Source: Selaginella moellendorffii
Taxonomy: Eukaryota > Plantae > Lycopodiophyta
NCBI RefSeq assembly: GCF_000143415.4
Contig: NW_003314363.1
Span: 557,400 to 621,399, forward strand
Length of the DNA stretch: 64,000 nt
Direction: 5' to 3'
The position numbers and the translations under genes are program-made. Within the stretch, counting starts at the first letter, position 1, and every line of letters starts with the position of its first letter. This document shows, one piece after another, positions 34,020-47,980 of this stretch. The notes beneath the pieces are model-generated. The model worked only from the letters and a program-made list of their open reading frames with translations. It was not told where the DNA came from and ran no database searches.

Positions 34020-36390
34020 GGTCTCTGGCTGTGTATTCGAACCTGTGACCTTGCCAATATATTTCTTTATTCTGTGTACATTAATTACTTCTTAATGTAA
34101 ACAGCGTCGCAAGCTTCTGGGCGCAAATTCTGGGCATGGCGCTCTGCTCTCTGCTGTCAAGCTCATTGAAACCATTCTCTTCTCGATGGAATGAAACTTT
34201 CAGTTGCTCCACTATTTAGTTTTAGAGAATCCCGAGGCCATGGCAAAGAAAGTGGTCTGGATGGACTCTGTACCTCAACCCAAGCAAGCAGCCGATGCTG
34301 AGTAACAAAGTACGAACCAGCAACATCCGTTTAAGATATTGTTTTGGAAGAAGACTTATTTGGGCTCGATTTTGATTTGATCCAGGCTCGATTTTGATTT
34401 GGTCCCATCTATTCTTCACTTGGTTGTCAAAGCTGGAGGTCCGTATAGGTGTCGATTTTTTCAAATCCTCGGGAGCGTGAGACTCGAGCTCCAAGTTTGA
34501 CGCCGTTTCTTAGCAATAATATATGAAAACCTGCTCGAAACCGTGAAAGATTACTCACGTGCAAAAAAAACTCCAGGTTGCACCAGAGATCCAATAAACC
34601 TGGGAAGCCCACAAGGAAAATCCTAGATTCAACATAAACAAGTCATACCTCATGGTGGTGATCTTGGTGTAACTAGCCAGTCGCAGAACCTGAAGCTTGT
34701 TGCTACCACGGCCATGATCTGTCTTTCACACTATGGTCCAATCTTGTAAGAGTCTTGATCGAGCTCAAACTTAATCAGCTGAGAGCATAAAAATGGAGTT
34801 TTATAAAGTTGAATTGCAAAAGTACAAACAAAAACAGGTAGATAAATAGAGGCCACTGTAGTTGATCAACATCCAAGGCCTGGAGTGACCATAATGCATG
34901 GAAATTACTCGAGGCTGGAGGGTGACGGAATGAGGAATGAAGCGATCTGGACAAGAGTAAAATGAGCGCGAAAAGGACCATATATACTGTGGAGCTTGCG
35001 AGCCTAGTTTGAAGATGTCTAGCTTGGTTTGAGCCAGAGAAGAAAGACCACGCTTGGTCAGATCAGCTCGACTCATAGACCACGCCTGGCGGCGGCAGAC
35101 GCTGGGCCCGGGCGAAGAGCCCTCTCGGTGGAATGTGATCGAAAATGTGGAGCTGTAGCTTACAGTGGCGGTGGTTTTCCATGGCATCGTTCTTGAGCCT
35201 TGACGAGGAGGCGCCATCAAGATTTGCAGGAATGAGGAACGATCGGGACGCCTTCGCGAGAATGTGGAAGGGGGAACGACAAAAATCGTCTCCAGCAGCC
35301 TCGATCCTCATAGGTTCCTTGCTAATCTTCGTCATGGAAATGTATGGACGCTGGGAATCTTTCAAGATCGAGATTCTTTCTCGTGGAACATTGCGATCGC
35401 GGCATTTGCCCGTTGCCTTGGCATTCTTTTCTCGATGGCGAGCATCCAATTATTTCTCTTGGCAGCTGTGAAGATACGGTGGAGATCAGATGGTGTAGTC
35501 TTGGGCCATGGACGAGATGTCCATTTCAAACCATACAAACTTGTTGTCTCTCTGGCTGTGAATTCGAACCTGTGACTTTGCCAATATACTTCTTAATTCT
35601 AGCCACATATCATGGGAATGTTTTATAAGGCTGTCATCCTTTCTGCGGCTGTCAAGCTCAAGAAAGAAACCATTATGAAATGAAGATTTCACCACTAAGT
35701 TTGGAAGAATCCCTGGATGGACAAAGGCAAACTACCTTTTCTTCTTCTGAATATTGAATGTCTGAAGATCGCTGGCACCCTCTTGATTAGCAGCAAGACC
35801 GCCCATAATTAAGAGTCAAGGTTGGAGGTACTTCTTTGTTCTTACAAATCTTGGGGAGCTTGAGATTTCATCAAGGCACTTTCTTAGCATGGTCTATCCA
35901 AGTTTGATGTTTGTTCCTAGCAGCAACAAGACCAAAGATTTGAAAAACTCCATGAAATTTTAAGTCGCACCCACAAGGTTCAGAGTGTGAAGAAGAGGGC
36001 ATCGCGAAAGGTGGCTGTCCTTCACAAGAATATTTAAAGCAAAAAGGGCAAAAGAAGAACCCTGGGCTTGTGAGTGCTTGTGAGCTTAGTTTGAAGATTG
36101 AGCCAGACCGGATCCCTGGACAAGTCATCGAAACTGAAGAAAAGAGAGTCAATCAGCTCGACTCACATTCTTTAGTTTATGAGATTTGCACAAGCAGGCA
36201 CCATGTAGTTGATGGCAACGGCGGTGGTTTTCCATTGCATTGTTTTTGAGCACAAATTTCTGGGCAGGGGCAAGCGCATCCACAAGGAAAATCGTCTCCA
36301 GCGGCATTTAGGTTCCTTGTCATGGAGAAATGTATGGAAAGTGCGGGCGCGCAGCAGACGTCTTGGGAATCTTTTACAAGATGGAAGATT
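34020..36390. repeat. Diverged tandem duplication of a decayed unit (about 34020-35370 and 35548-36390)
   Basis: Ordered shared blocks: tctctggctgtg.attcgaacctgtgac.ttgccaatata, gctgtcaagctca, tagtttgaagat, tcagctcgactca, ggcggtggttttccat.gcat, aaaatcgtctccagc and tgggaatcttt. Confidence 0.7.
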
Positions 36391-36619
36391 GACAGTCAAT
36401 CTCTTTCCACACGTCCAGAGGAGGAGCTATACCGTTCGACATGCTAGCGAGAGGTTTTTCTAAAATTCTTCCTTGTCTGAGCCCGTTCGAGTATGCTGTC
36501 ACCCAGATGTATCAAAACGAGAATCGTGTGCGGCTTGCGGCACTTACCAGTGGAGACGTGCAGGAACAACTGCAACCGATGTTTTCTGGTGGAACATTCC
36601 GATCGCAAAAAGGTATATT

Positions 36620-37420
36620 GTTAAGTAGCACCTGATGTACTCACGTTGAACTTGTCATAATGACCAAGCAGTGCTAGGTTCATCGGGCTTACAAAGCGCC
36701 GGGTCTGGTGGATCTCATTGTCGCTTGTATACTCCACGATTCTCGTGTAGTTCGGGAGCACGTAACACAGCATATGCGTGTTTGCAATCTCCACATCTGA
36801 CTGGAAGCTCAAACTGTTGACACGGATTCAAGAAGTTGCCGTTCTCCTGCACCTTCGATCCATGCCAAACTCTCGAATGTCGCTCGCTGTCCAACTCCCA
36901 CAGGCATTCCAAGTCTTCGAGCTCTCGTAGCGATTTTGACAAGACCATCTTGAGTTGCTCGAGCAACCTAAGATAATCGAAGGTCTTCATGCTGTCCTTC
37001 AAAGCATTGAAATGGTCACACGCATCGTCTGGAGCAAAATCCAGGGAATAGGCCTGAGGAGGGTGAGCCAGATCGAGGCAAATCCTCTAGCGAGCAGGAC
37101 TACTCATTCCAAGCTTGGAAAGCAAGGACTTCATGCGGTAGTGCGTGTTGCATCTAGAATGTGCAATATTGACGAGTTTTCGCTTAAGCCGCTCCTTTGC
37201 CATAGTCCTTCCCTTGATCGCCCTCAAGGTCTTGATGTTGCTCAAGGTCTTCAACCTCTGCTTCATCAGCTTCCAGTCCTGCTTCTAGCCCTTGATCGCC
37301 CTTGAGGTCTTGAACCTGTTCTTCTCGTTGCTCCAAGCCTTCAACCTGTTCTTCCAGGCCCAGTCCCTGTTCTTCTCGTTCCTATAATCCCTGGTGCTCC
37401 AATCCCAGCCCCTCTTCATC
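36620..37420 (-). pseudogene. Decayed coding relic, unknown family, with an acidic low-complexity 5' part
   Basis: Overlapping short ORFs (36715-37002, 36621-36812) and EQGLGLEEQVEGLEQ-type repeats interrupted by stops. Confidence 0.35.
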
Positions 37421-37614
37421 TCGTTCGAAGCAAGAGCAAGCTATATACAATGTCTTAACTCTTATAGCTTCGCGAACTCTTGCGGCGTTGCCGATGCGTC
37501 CAGTGGAGCGATTCTCTCGCACCCCTCGCTCTTCGGGAATCCATTAATTTCTTGGAAATTCACATTTCCCCAAGGTGTACCTTGGGAGTGGTGTTTGGAG
37601 GTAAAACTCAAGTC

Positions 37615-38168
37615 CAAGTGTTGCCCACAACCCTGTCGAGCTCCTCGTGGAGCTTGGCCATGACTCGAGGATTGTGCACTCGCTCACGGTGGTGGTGGCA
37701 TCAGTATTAACATCTCCTGAGCATTACTGTTAGTCTGGTAAGGAGAAGTTTTACAAAGTTGAATTCGCTTTAACGTAAGCAATGAAATCGAGCATGATAT
37801 CGAGGAAGTCCTTGCATTCACGGGGTGTTTTGCGCTCTCCATGGAGACTACTTACAGCTCCAGCAAAGTTATAGCTGAATTGCTGGGCAAGAACTATGTA
37901 CGGCCTGGAAGCAAAATTTAGATCATCAGTGGTGAAGACCTCTTTGGTAAGCTCCGGGCTGGAGATCAGGATCATTCCCAGCCTCAAGGAAATAATAGGA
38001 CCATACTTGTTGGCTATGCGCTCTGTGCGGGCATTCCTGCTAGCAAGTGTAAGCCGTGGAGGTGGAAGATTTGAGCGAGCTTTCAAGAACCACAAGACCA
38101 AGAGAGAGTATGAAAGTTGCGGAGCTCACAGCAAGTGCTACATCCATTTCTGTGGTGTTTATGTCAAT
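37615..38168 (-). pseudogene. Deleted paralogue of the P450 at 61427-62986
   Basis: Near-identical blocks (gcccacaaccctgtcgagctcctcgtggagcttggccatgactcgaggattgtgca; cggcctggaagcaaaattta; atccatttctgtggtg). It has large internal deletions, no heme-binding region, and the start ATG GAT context is retained. Confidence 0.92.
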
Positions 38169-39036
38169 CTTGCTCGACTAGAATCTGCCTGCTGCTTGCA
38201 TTAACCACACAACATGAAAAGAGGGTGGCAAATGCATCCCGACTCGAGCTGGCCATGCTTCTCCACAAATGTGGATGCCAGACGCATCCATCGGCATTGC
38301 GGCACGAGAAGTTCTTATAGAAACTTACGATCGATGTGCAACCATCATCGATCCTTGGCGCCATTCGCGTTCCAAACCTTTACTCGTGGACTACCATCCT
38401 CGCTGCGTATGCCCACAATGGGTGCATGCACAAAGAAGTGATCTTGTTTGGCGCCATACCACAGAATGTGATACCGCTATCTGGGGAAATGGAAGCATTA
38501 ACATAGTGCATGCTGGAGTTTAGCATTTTTTCTTTCCTGGAACACAAAAGTCACGGGATTTCAGCATTTGCCTTGAGTGGGCAGCTTGAACAAGCAAAGA
38601 CAATAGTTTTGAAAATCTCGGGACGGCGCAACGCCTCCCGTTAAACACCATCCTGATTCACTCTCTCTCCACTTACTTGGCGATGACGTGGCAGCAGGCC
38701 TTCTTTTTGTTTTATCTCCAGCGCACTCCCGCCCGCGGCTATCGCCCGCCCGTAGCTCCCGCCCGCCCGCTCGCCCTCACGGCTCCTGCCCGCACTCCCA
38801 CCCGCCCCCGCACGTCCGCCCGCGCCCAGCGTGTGCCCTAATTACTTCCACGTGACCACAGCCCCAACACTTGGGCCAAATCTCAATCAGCGCGCGCGTA
38901 CGTGCTTTAAGTGGCCAATGAGTGTCATGGATGACCATTAGGAGTGGTAAACTTATGAAATCTTCTCACTAATTTAAATATATGCAATGTATGTATATAA
39001 AGAGTTTTTTTTATTTATTTATTCTTTGCTAAGATT

Positions 39037-42000
39037 TGTGAGTGCTTGGAATATGGAAAGGGAATATAGAAAATGTGCATATCCATTAGCCCAAAAACCT
39101 TAGCTTATATACAAGAGCAAGTGGTCCGGATTGAAATCAATCCAATGGCTACCAAAATCCCACTACGCTAATATTAATATACGGCATCGTAACCGTACAT
39201 TTGGCCCTCATATCATCCCTTCCTCTCGGAATAATGGAAGATCATCAAGGTTCTCTTGTAGATGAGCCGGGATCTAGAGGAACGTCAGGAGAAGGCATTG
39301 GCGGATCTGTAGGTGGTATTAACTCCTCCTGATCCCTTTGTACGAAGCGTTTCAGCTGCTGCACATGCACAATCTCTGGAGGATCAGCCTGCTGAACGTC
39401 ATGCCGAACCTCATAAACTTGTGGTCCAACTTGCTGCAACACCCGATACGGTCCTTTCCACTGTGCAAGAAGTCCCTTAGATAAACCACATACAATAAGA
39501 TGGGGAAAACGGACTAACACCAAATCATCCACTTTGTACTCCGTAGGTGGACGATGATGGGAGTTGTAACGCTGTTGTTGTCCCACTTGTACGCGGCCTA
39601 AGTGTTCGGCAGACTCTACTCTGACAAGTGGAAGAATGCTCGTCAAATACTGATCCCATGACCTAACATCGGTAGCTCACGGCAATCGCGAAGGTAAACC
39701 CAACTCCGTGGGTAATATTGGATCATGACCATATAAGAGTTTATATGGTGAAGCACCAATAGAACTCTGCACCCTTGTGACATATGAATACCGAAGAGAC
39801 GGCAAATAACCATCTTAATCCGAATGCTGAAAGTTCACATACTTCGCAATCATCCCTTTGAATGTCCGAATGAGCCGTTCCACCAGACCATCAGATTGTG
39901 GATGATAAGCACTCGTGAAAGTGTGGCGTATTCCCAACCGAGACGTCAAAACATGAAATGCCTCAGCCATAAATGCGGGACCATTATTCGAAAGAATCCG
40001 CTCTAGACAAGAATGCTGGAACACCACTCGATTGAGGAGGAAGTAGCCAACAACAGTTACAGAGGTGCTAGCAAGAGCACCAACTTCCACCCAGCGAGTC
40101 AAGTAGTCAAAAGCAATAGTAACAAACTCATTGCCAGCAGTCGACCATGGAAAAGGTCCTATAAGATCAAACGCCACCAACTCAAACAAACGGGAAACTG
40201 CAATTGACTCCAACCGTCCTTACGAGCTTAGCACCAAACGCAACTACGCACATACCAGATAATATCACGTCGCATCTCCGGCCAATAGAAAGACCTATAT
40301 AGGTTCTCGGTTATACGACGGTGTCCCATATGCCCACCTAGAATAGGAGAATCATAGTAGGCATGGAAAAACAGCAGAATAAAGATAGAAGGCACCACCA
40401 GCCGTAAATGATTATCAGGATCCGTCCCCACAACATAAAGAAGGCCGTCTTCAAAGTGATATTGAGAATGTAAATGCCGGAAAGGCAAGTCATTAGCAAG
40501 TGATGCAGGATTCTCAAACCCATTTCGAAGCCTTCAAATCCACGGCTCAATCTTTTGAGCCTCGCGAACCTCATCAAGAGAAGGTAGATCTTGCTCTGCA
40601 CCCTGTGGACACTGAACGTCAAGGACAGCAACTGCCGACAGCACAGAATCCTCGTCTAGAAAATCCACAGATGTTAGAACAACAGGTTCATCAGAAATAT
40701 GAAAAGTGAGTGGAGAAGGAAGAGGAGCTCAAGAAAGGGCATCAACATCCGCCATAGAACTCCCTGGGCGATGAACAACATCAAAATCATATATCTGAAG
40801 CTTCAAAGCCCATTGAGCAGTACGACCAACCAGGTTCTTCCACTTCAATAATGAAGTAACAGCAGCATGGTCACCCTCAAGTAATGTCCGAGAACCATGT
40901 AGATATGCATGAAGTTTCTCGAAACCCCAGACTGCTGCTAAACACTCCTTCTCCATCGTGGAGTAGTTCATCTCTGGAGTAGTTCATCCCATTGCATATA
41001 AAGTACGACTTATGTATGCAATGGGATGGCGCTGACTAGGCACACTCGAGCTCTCTTGCATCAACACACCTCCAAGACCAAAGTCAGAAGCATCCACGCG
41101 CAAAATAAAAGGTCGAGTGTAGTCAAGATATGCCAAAATCGGAGGAGTTGTCAATAGCTCTTTGAGATCCACGAACACCCACTCACAATCCGGAGACCAG
41201 ATGAAAGATGACGTTGATGACTTCAGCAACGCTCACAATGGTGCAGTGCGATCGGAAAGATGATCCACAAAACGACTGAGATATTGCACCTTACCCAAGA
41301 AGCACTGCACATCATTCACACATTTCGGAGTAGGGAACTTTAGAACAGCCACAAGTTTGTCAGGATCAAGTTGCAAACCCTCACGAGAAATACGGTACCC
41401 AAGATAAGTTGTGTCCTTAGACCCAAACACGCACTTTGATCGCTTCAGCTTTAAACCAACGTCGTGTAGCCGATCCAACACTTTACAAACATCATGAATG
41501 TGCTCCTCCCACGTCCCCTATGAGTGGATCAAGACATTATCAATGAAGTTAATAGTCACCTCCAGCATATCACAAAGAACTTCGTCCATCATCAGTTGGA
41601 AAGTTGCTAGAGCATTGTTCAAACCAAATGGCATCACCAAGAACTCGTACAAACCAAATGGTGTACAAAAAGTAGTCTTAGGAATATCTTCTTTGGCCAT
41701 CGGTACTTGCCAATACCCAAAAGCAAGATTGAGCTTGGTGAACTAACGACTTCGCCCCAAACGATCCAATAGATTAGCAGTATGAGGAAGAAGGTACACA
41801 TCTGGGATCGTTACTTCGTTTAACGGACGATAGTTGATGTAGAAACGAATACTCCCATCAGGTTTCGTTACAAGATGAGGTTCACATGCCCAAGGACTCT
41901 GCGATTTCTGAATAACACCCTTCTCCAACATCTCCTTGACATTGGCACATAAAATCTTGATCTCCTTGGGTGACCGACGATGAACAGAAATCTTGATTGG

Positions 42001-44047
42001 ACGAGTATCCCTGGTTGGAATCGGATGACGTGTGGCAATCTTGGCCCCAGACGATAGGTCAAATTCAAAAAGATCAGAATACTCCACGAGCTGGTCAACC
42101 GCTGCAACACAAAGATCGTCGGAGGGATCGGAAAAGGGAAAAGCAGAACAAGATGGAAATATAGAAGGAAATAGTGGGGGAACAAAAGTAATGGAAGCAG
42201 AGGCAGAGGTAGAAGTAGAGGGATGAAGTGGTATGGAAGTGAGAGGAATCGATGAAACATAAGGAAGTATGAGACAAGGGGGAGAAGCTTGAAAGTCACA
42301 CTTGGCATGATTGCGCTGTAACCAATCCATACCAAGAATGAGATCAAAAGCTTGACTCGGCACCACCCGCAACGATTGCAACTCAAGCTCGAGATCGCCC
42401 ACATGCACAACTAGGTCCGCCTCATCCTGTGCACATGCATGTGTACAACCGTTGCCATAAAGAATGAAAACTGGTTCTGTCGCATGACGCAAGTGTAGAT
42501 GACAATGTGTGGCAACAGGTCGAGCAATAGAAGATAAACTCAAACCTGTATCAACCAACACAGAGAGAATAATATGAGACCTCTTGTTATAAAAACGAGC
42601 TTGGAAAGTAAACACTGGATGAATCGGTGCTGAGTGAACCCCTTGATGATACTCCCGAAAAAAAGATGGAAGGGTCACTGACTTATTCGCGCCAGGTCCC
42701 TCCGTTACTCGCGCGACTCCTCGTTTCCCGGATGCATCTCGGTGTCCAGACCCTCCACTGCAGCAGCACCAATGGGACGTTGCTGACGCCAAGGTCTCCA
42801 TCCTGGAAATGGAGGTCACCAATCCGGAAAACGCCAACAATGCCGATAAGTATGACCAACTTCATTACACGCCCAGCAGCGGACATCATGGCCATGACCA
42901 CGTCCTCGCGCTTGTCCTTGGACTCGAGCAGCAACAGCATCAACCTCCATTGGAACAAGACCATCACCCATAGGAAGTGGAGCAGAAGGACGTGCAACAA
43001 GAAGTGGAAGAGGTGACGTTTCATAATGTTGTGCCAAGCGAAGAGCATCGTCAAGGGTGGCGGGAGCAAGTGCATGCACAAGTCCGACAAGATCTTGACG
43101 AAGTGCTGGCCACAACATTCCTAGTTTGATCTGCTCCGACATATTTGGCTCCGCATGAAGCAAAAGACTTCGGAAACGAACACCAAATTGCATCACCAAC
43201 TTAGATGGCCCTTGGCGAAGACGATGTAATTGTTGGAAAGCATCATCACAATCATCGGCATGTCCGAAGGCGCGTTTGAAGACGTCTGAAAGAACACTCC
43301 AATCCCCACGAGTGGCTGCGCTCAAACCATTGTACCACTGCAACGCCGTCCCTTGGAGACACGTGGGAAACTCACGCAAACGTCGAGCATCATCCCAAGA
43401 ATGATATGTGGCAATCACTATGAAGTGATCGATCGAATGGTACACATCATCCCTAGGATTCCTGCGAAAGAACTCCGGCAGAACGTGAGGATTGGCACCA
43501 ATAGCAGGAGGAGTTGTACCATGTGCCGTGAATGCCGTCATCAACTGAGTTTGGTTGTTCAATTGCAAGCGCATAGCATCAAGCAATTGTACCAATTGCT
43601 GCTCTAGAGTCAAAGGAGGAGATTGCTGATCTGCCATGAAGATGAACGAAAAAGAAAGAGCAAAAGAAGAAAAATGACAAAAAAGTGAGAAGGAAATGGT
43701 AGATCTAGACAATGCAAAAAGGTAAATCTAAACCAAAATCCTGAAAGAAAAGAATAAAAGAAAGGAAATGGAAAAAGCTAGATCTAGATGATCCAAAAGC
43801 TAGATCTAAACCAAAATCCCAAATCCAAACACTCATCAGGGACAATCAAAGGTGCCCCTCACTTCCACCAATGTGAGTGCTTGGAATATGGAAAGGGAAT
43901 ATAGAAAATGTGTATATCCATTAGCCCAAAAACTCTAGCTTATATACAGGAGCAAGTGGTCCAGATTGAAACCAATCCAACAGCTACCAAAATCCCATTA
44001 CACTAATATTAGTATACGGCATCATAGCCATACACTTGGCCCTCACA
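39037..44047 (-). mobile_element. Full-length but inactivated Ty3/gypsy LTR retrotransposon (family A), 5011 bp
   Basis: 176-bp LTRs at 39037-39212 and 43872-44047, TSD GATT, PBS-like TGGTGGAAGTG and PPT GAGAGGAAGGGATGA. Order is gag (CWACNEVGHTYRHC), PR (VDTG), RT (FIDN), RH, INT (GHMG, WKGPY). No chromodomain; many stops. Confidence 0.95.
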
Positions 44048-47000
44048 GATTGAGTTTTTTGTTTAAAGAATTTTTCTTTCTTGTCTTCCTCTGCTTAGTA
44101 AAAGAAGTTGTTTTTAGACTATTAGAATTTTTCTTTTATTTGTAATTCTTTCCACGAAAGGTTTTGTTCGCTTCAAGGATGTACCATAACTATCAACACG
44201 ACGTTGAAATTCTACTGCAGGATGAATAAGATCGTTTGGTGTAGCGCATGTGGTTTTGACCCTTTATCCTATGGTGATTTACCATAGGATAACATCATGA
44301 AGCGGAACCTAACCCTTTTTGTGCCACGTGACAGATGCCACATGTCACATGCCACGTATCCATGCCACGTGTCCATAGGAACCCGAGGTTCAGGGCCTTG
44401 GGCCACTGAACAAAGGAATGGTGCCAAACTCCCAAGCATGAAGCCAAGGAGTGACGGAACCGAACCACAGAGCAACTCCCGAGCATAAAGCCCAAGGAGC
44501 GAAGGGACAGGGGCCCGGAGCGACTTGGAACAGTCCTAAAGTAACCCACATCCCATTGCTAGGACTAGCACGCAAAACGGAGCCAAACAAAGTCTGGCGC
44601 TATTTCGGCATACCGGTGGCATAACATGAGGATATGGGTACTCCACCAGCTAGCATGGTGTGGAGCTTGGGCTTAGACCCAAGCCAGACGCAGAACAAGG
44701 ACAAGCACGTGGGGGGTTCCAAATGTATAGTAGGGATAGTGAGTAGGTCGGGCATGGCCGACCAACCTGAGGCATAGTCTAGCTCCCGCTTGTAGCCCCC
44801 CCCCGCCCTTGAGGAACACACGCTTTGGGCTTTCACCCCAAGCCTCCCTTAGTATCAGAAGTTAGTCTCTGGGACAAGTTCAAAACTTACTAAATATGGA
44901 ATAGCGCTAGATTGCGAATTTGGACACGGGACAAACACCATTGTGTTCAGGCCAACCTCTACATTCCGTAGATATGCAAAATGAGCAAATCTAGACGCTT
45001 TCCATAAATAGCATTTGGGACCGAAATGAGACTAACACAAAGGGCATGATAGTGAGGGTGTTTGGTAGACACGGTAAGCTATCATCTAGTGAATATTGAG
45101 GGACCAATCTCAATATCGCGGGGGTTCCCAACACTAGCAAATGCAAGTTAACAACATGAGTTTCTCATCACCGTGTCAAGTCTGCTTGACAAATGACAAC
45201 TTAGGATTTCCTTCCTTAGTGCCCTTCCGGTCTAAGTGCACATGTGATGACCAGTTTCTCAACTAGCTTAGGTGGAGACTAATAACGGGTCCAGCAATAC
45301 CGACCTCCTGCCGTCATGGCAATAAGGAAAGAATATCCGAAAGGACTAGCCGATAGGTAACTTTCGATACCCGAAGTCACATTCGCAACACTCTCCCCCC
45401 CTAGGGAAGATCGACGTCCTCGTTGATGCATACTCGAGTTTAGAATACCACCAAGGAAACAACTCCCGAAAAAATTCACGGTACTCACACTATGTGAGAA
45501 ATGCACCAACTTAAATGAGTTAGGAGGCAACCTCTTTGTCTAACGCGGATGCGCTACTAGCTCAGACACCTTCCGGCCGTCGTTGACAAGGAAATGACCA
45601 ATGGAGTCAGCCACCCTTGCTGCTCTGGGTGTCACCGAGCTACAAAAGTGTGATACACCCTACCCACAGGGACATAGAGAGAGAAGCCAGAGGCTTCAAC
45701 CCTCCTGAGCAAAGAGACCAAACCCGTCGATAAGGTTTAGATAGACTACTGTAAACAAGCAGTTAGAGTTGTTTACAAGTATTAGCGTATAGGAACCACC
45801 AAGATCACAAGAGTTGGAAAACATAGGATTGACCATCCAACAAAATTCAATAGCAAGTATATCATCAAGGAAACTTAATGATGAAACCTAACTACCGAAG
45901 ATGGCAAACAGTATGCCAAACAACTTACTAAAGAGAACTCAAGAATACAAAGTATCATTAACCGACAAGCACAATACTCGCGAATGTATCACTCGAAGGA
46001 AATAACATTCTAATCTATCAGAACTAACTCGTACAACAATCAACAGAACAGAATGAAAGCGGTAAGACCAACAAACACCCATTCATATCAACTATCACAG
46101 AAACCAATTTGATAGATCCTGGTCAACAATACCAAGGAACCAGAGTTGCTCAAGCAAGTGTCAGCAACATCCTATCAATATCTCAAACCCAAGAGACCAA
46201 TCCAAAGCAAACCAAAAGAACATGTGGTATTGCAAAAAGCCATAAGCCATCAAAGAGAACAACTAACTATCATAAAAGGTCATCAATCATCCTATCAATA
46301 GAGAGATGCATAATTATTGTCGAAGAAAGATTCTACCATTCCGAAGAATAGAAAATCATTCTTGATCAACAATAATCAAGCAAAACCTTTGAGAAGGATA
46401 ATCAACTATCCTAGATGATAGTCAATCATCATCAATGATTGCTAGATGCAAATACTAACTTCAACATTGAAGCGAATGAGCCAAAATGCCTTCCCCTAAC
46501 AACTTCTAACAAATGGAACAATGAGCATGAAAACTCAAAGAACCAAAAGCTCGAAGAAGCCTATAGCTAAGTTTTGCCTATAATGATCACGAGTCTTGCA
46601 TAAACTAACTTCAATGCTAAAGAAGAAATCATGGCACAACCCACAATATCCTCCTCAACACATCCATAGCCAAACTTCATAATGCCAAAGCTAATGAAGA
46701 GCATATTCGCATCATGCCATTCTCCTTATGACCAAACTCAAAACTAATCTAACACCAAACTATTCAAGGAGCAATAGCAAGGTTCCCAGAAAAGAATTGA
46801 GCATTGTAACCCAAGTCTTCCAATAGCAAGTCTAGACAAAATGGTTTAGCGCTTCACCGCTATCCATCCCATGACTCACCACTTGCAAGACCATCATTTC
46901 CAACATTCATCAAGGTAGGGACTCTTGATTGCATATTGTGAACACGAGCAATGAGTCACATTTCGTTGCAAACCATCTTTCCAAGGAGAGAAAATGATTT

Positions 47001-47980
47001 AGGTGTTTGATCCTTCGTCCCTGATGACTCTCTTTTCGGTCTCATCTTTTGACCAAACCTCAAGCTTGCTTTCGCACTGCCTTCAATCCAATCCAAGAAA
47101 AGTTTATGAGAGAGCACGGCAATGGTTACTTGAATCAATAGACTCATCCCTACAGTCTTGGTTGATCCACTTATAACCATGCCTAGGAAGGATCCACTAG
47201 TGCCGTGGTAAATAGCTATGGACCAGCCTATTTGCCACTCATAGCAAACCCAGGGAAAGTTTACTTTCACCCACAGTACATGGAACAACTCATGGAACCA
47301 CCGATTAGCAACATAAATCCTGCCAACTCAAAGTGTAACCTCGAGTTGCTAATGCACCTCACTCACGAGCCCAAGCATAAACTTGTGCAAATGGAACATC
47401 TCACATCCATCTTATGAGCCCAAGAGCAAGCTCATGCAATGCGGTACAAAAAGGTAACCATATCCATACCCAAGGAACGATTGCAAAGTCTTTGCACCCA
47501 AACGTGTACCCACTCGGATCATTGTTTTCATCTCTGCGTATGCAACGAGACTAGTTGCCCAATCTCATTGGATAGTACTCGCCGAGACTCATCCTTTGAT
47601 ACCAAATGTAGCACACATGGTTTTGACCCTTTATCCTATGATGATTTACCATAGGATAACACCACGAAGTGGAACCTAACCCTCTTTGTGCCACGTGACA
47701 GATGCCATGTGTCACATGCCACATGTCCATGCCACGTGTCCATAGGAACCCGAGGTTTAGGGCCTTGGGCCACTGAACTAAGGAACGGTGCCAAACTCCT
47801 AAGCATGAAGCCAAGGAGTGACGGAACCGAACCACGAAGCAACTCCCGAGCATAAAGCCTAAGGAGCGAAGGGAAAGGGGCTCGGAGCGCCTTGAAACAG
47901 TTCTAGAGTAACCCACATCCCATTGCCAGAACCAACACGCAAAACGGAGCCAAACAGAGTCTGGCGCTATTTCGGCATAC

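Noticed and set aside
44264-44292. Perfect 12-bp hairpin TTATCCTATGGT/ACCATAGGATAA
   Set aside because: An internal LTR feature, also present with one change in the sister LTR; too short for a miRNA precursor or MITE.
45059-45405. Minus-strand AGGGGGGAGAG-TGTTG looks like a PPT plus LTR start inside the B internal region
   Set aside because: No second LTR or TSD found in the window.
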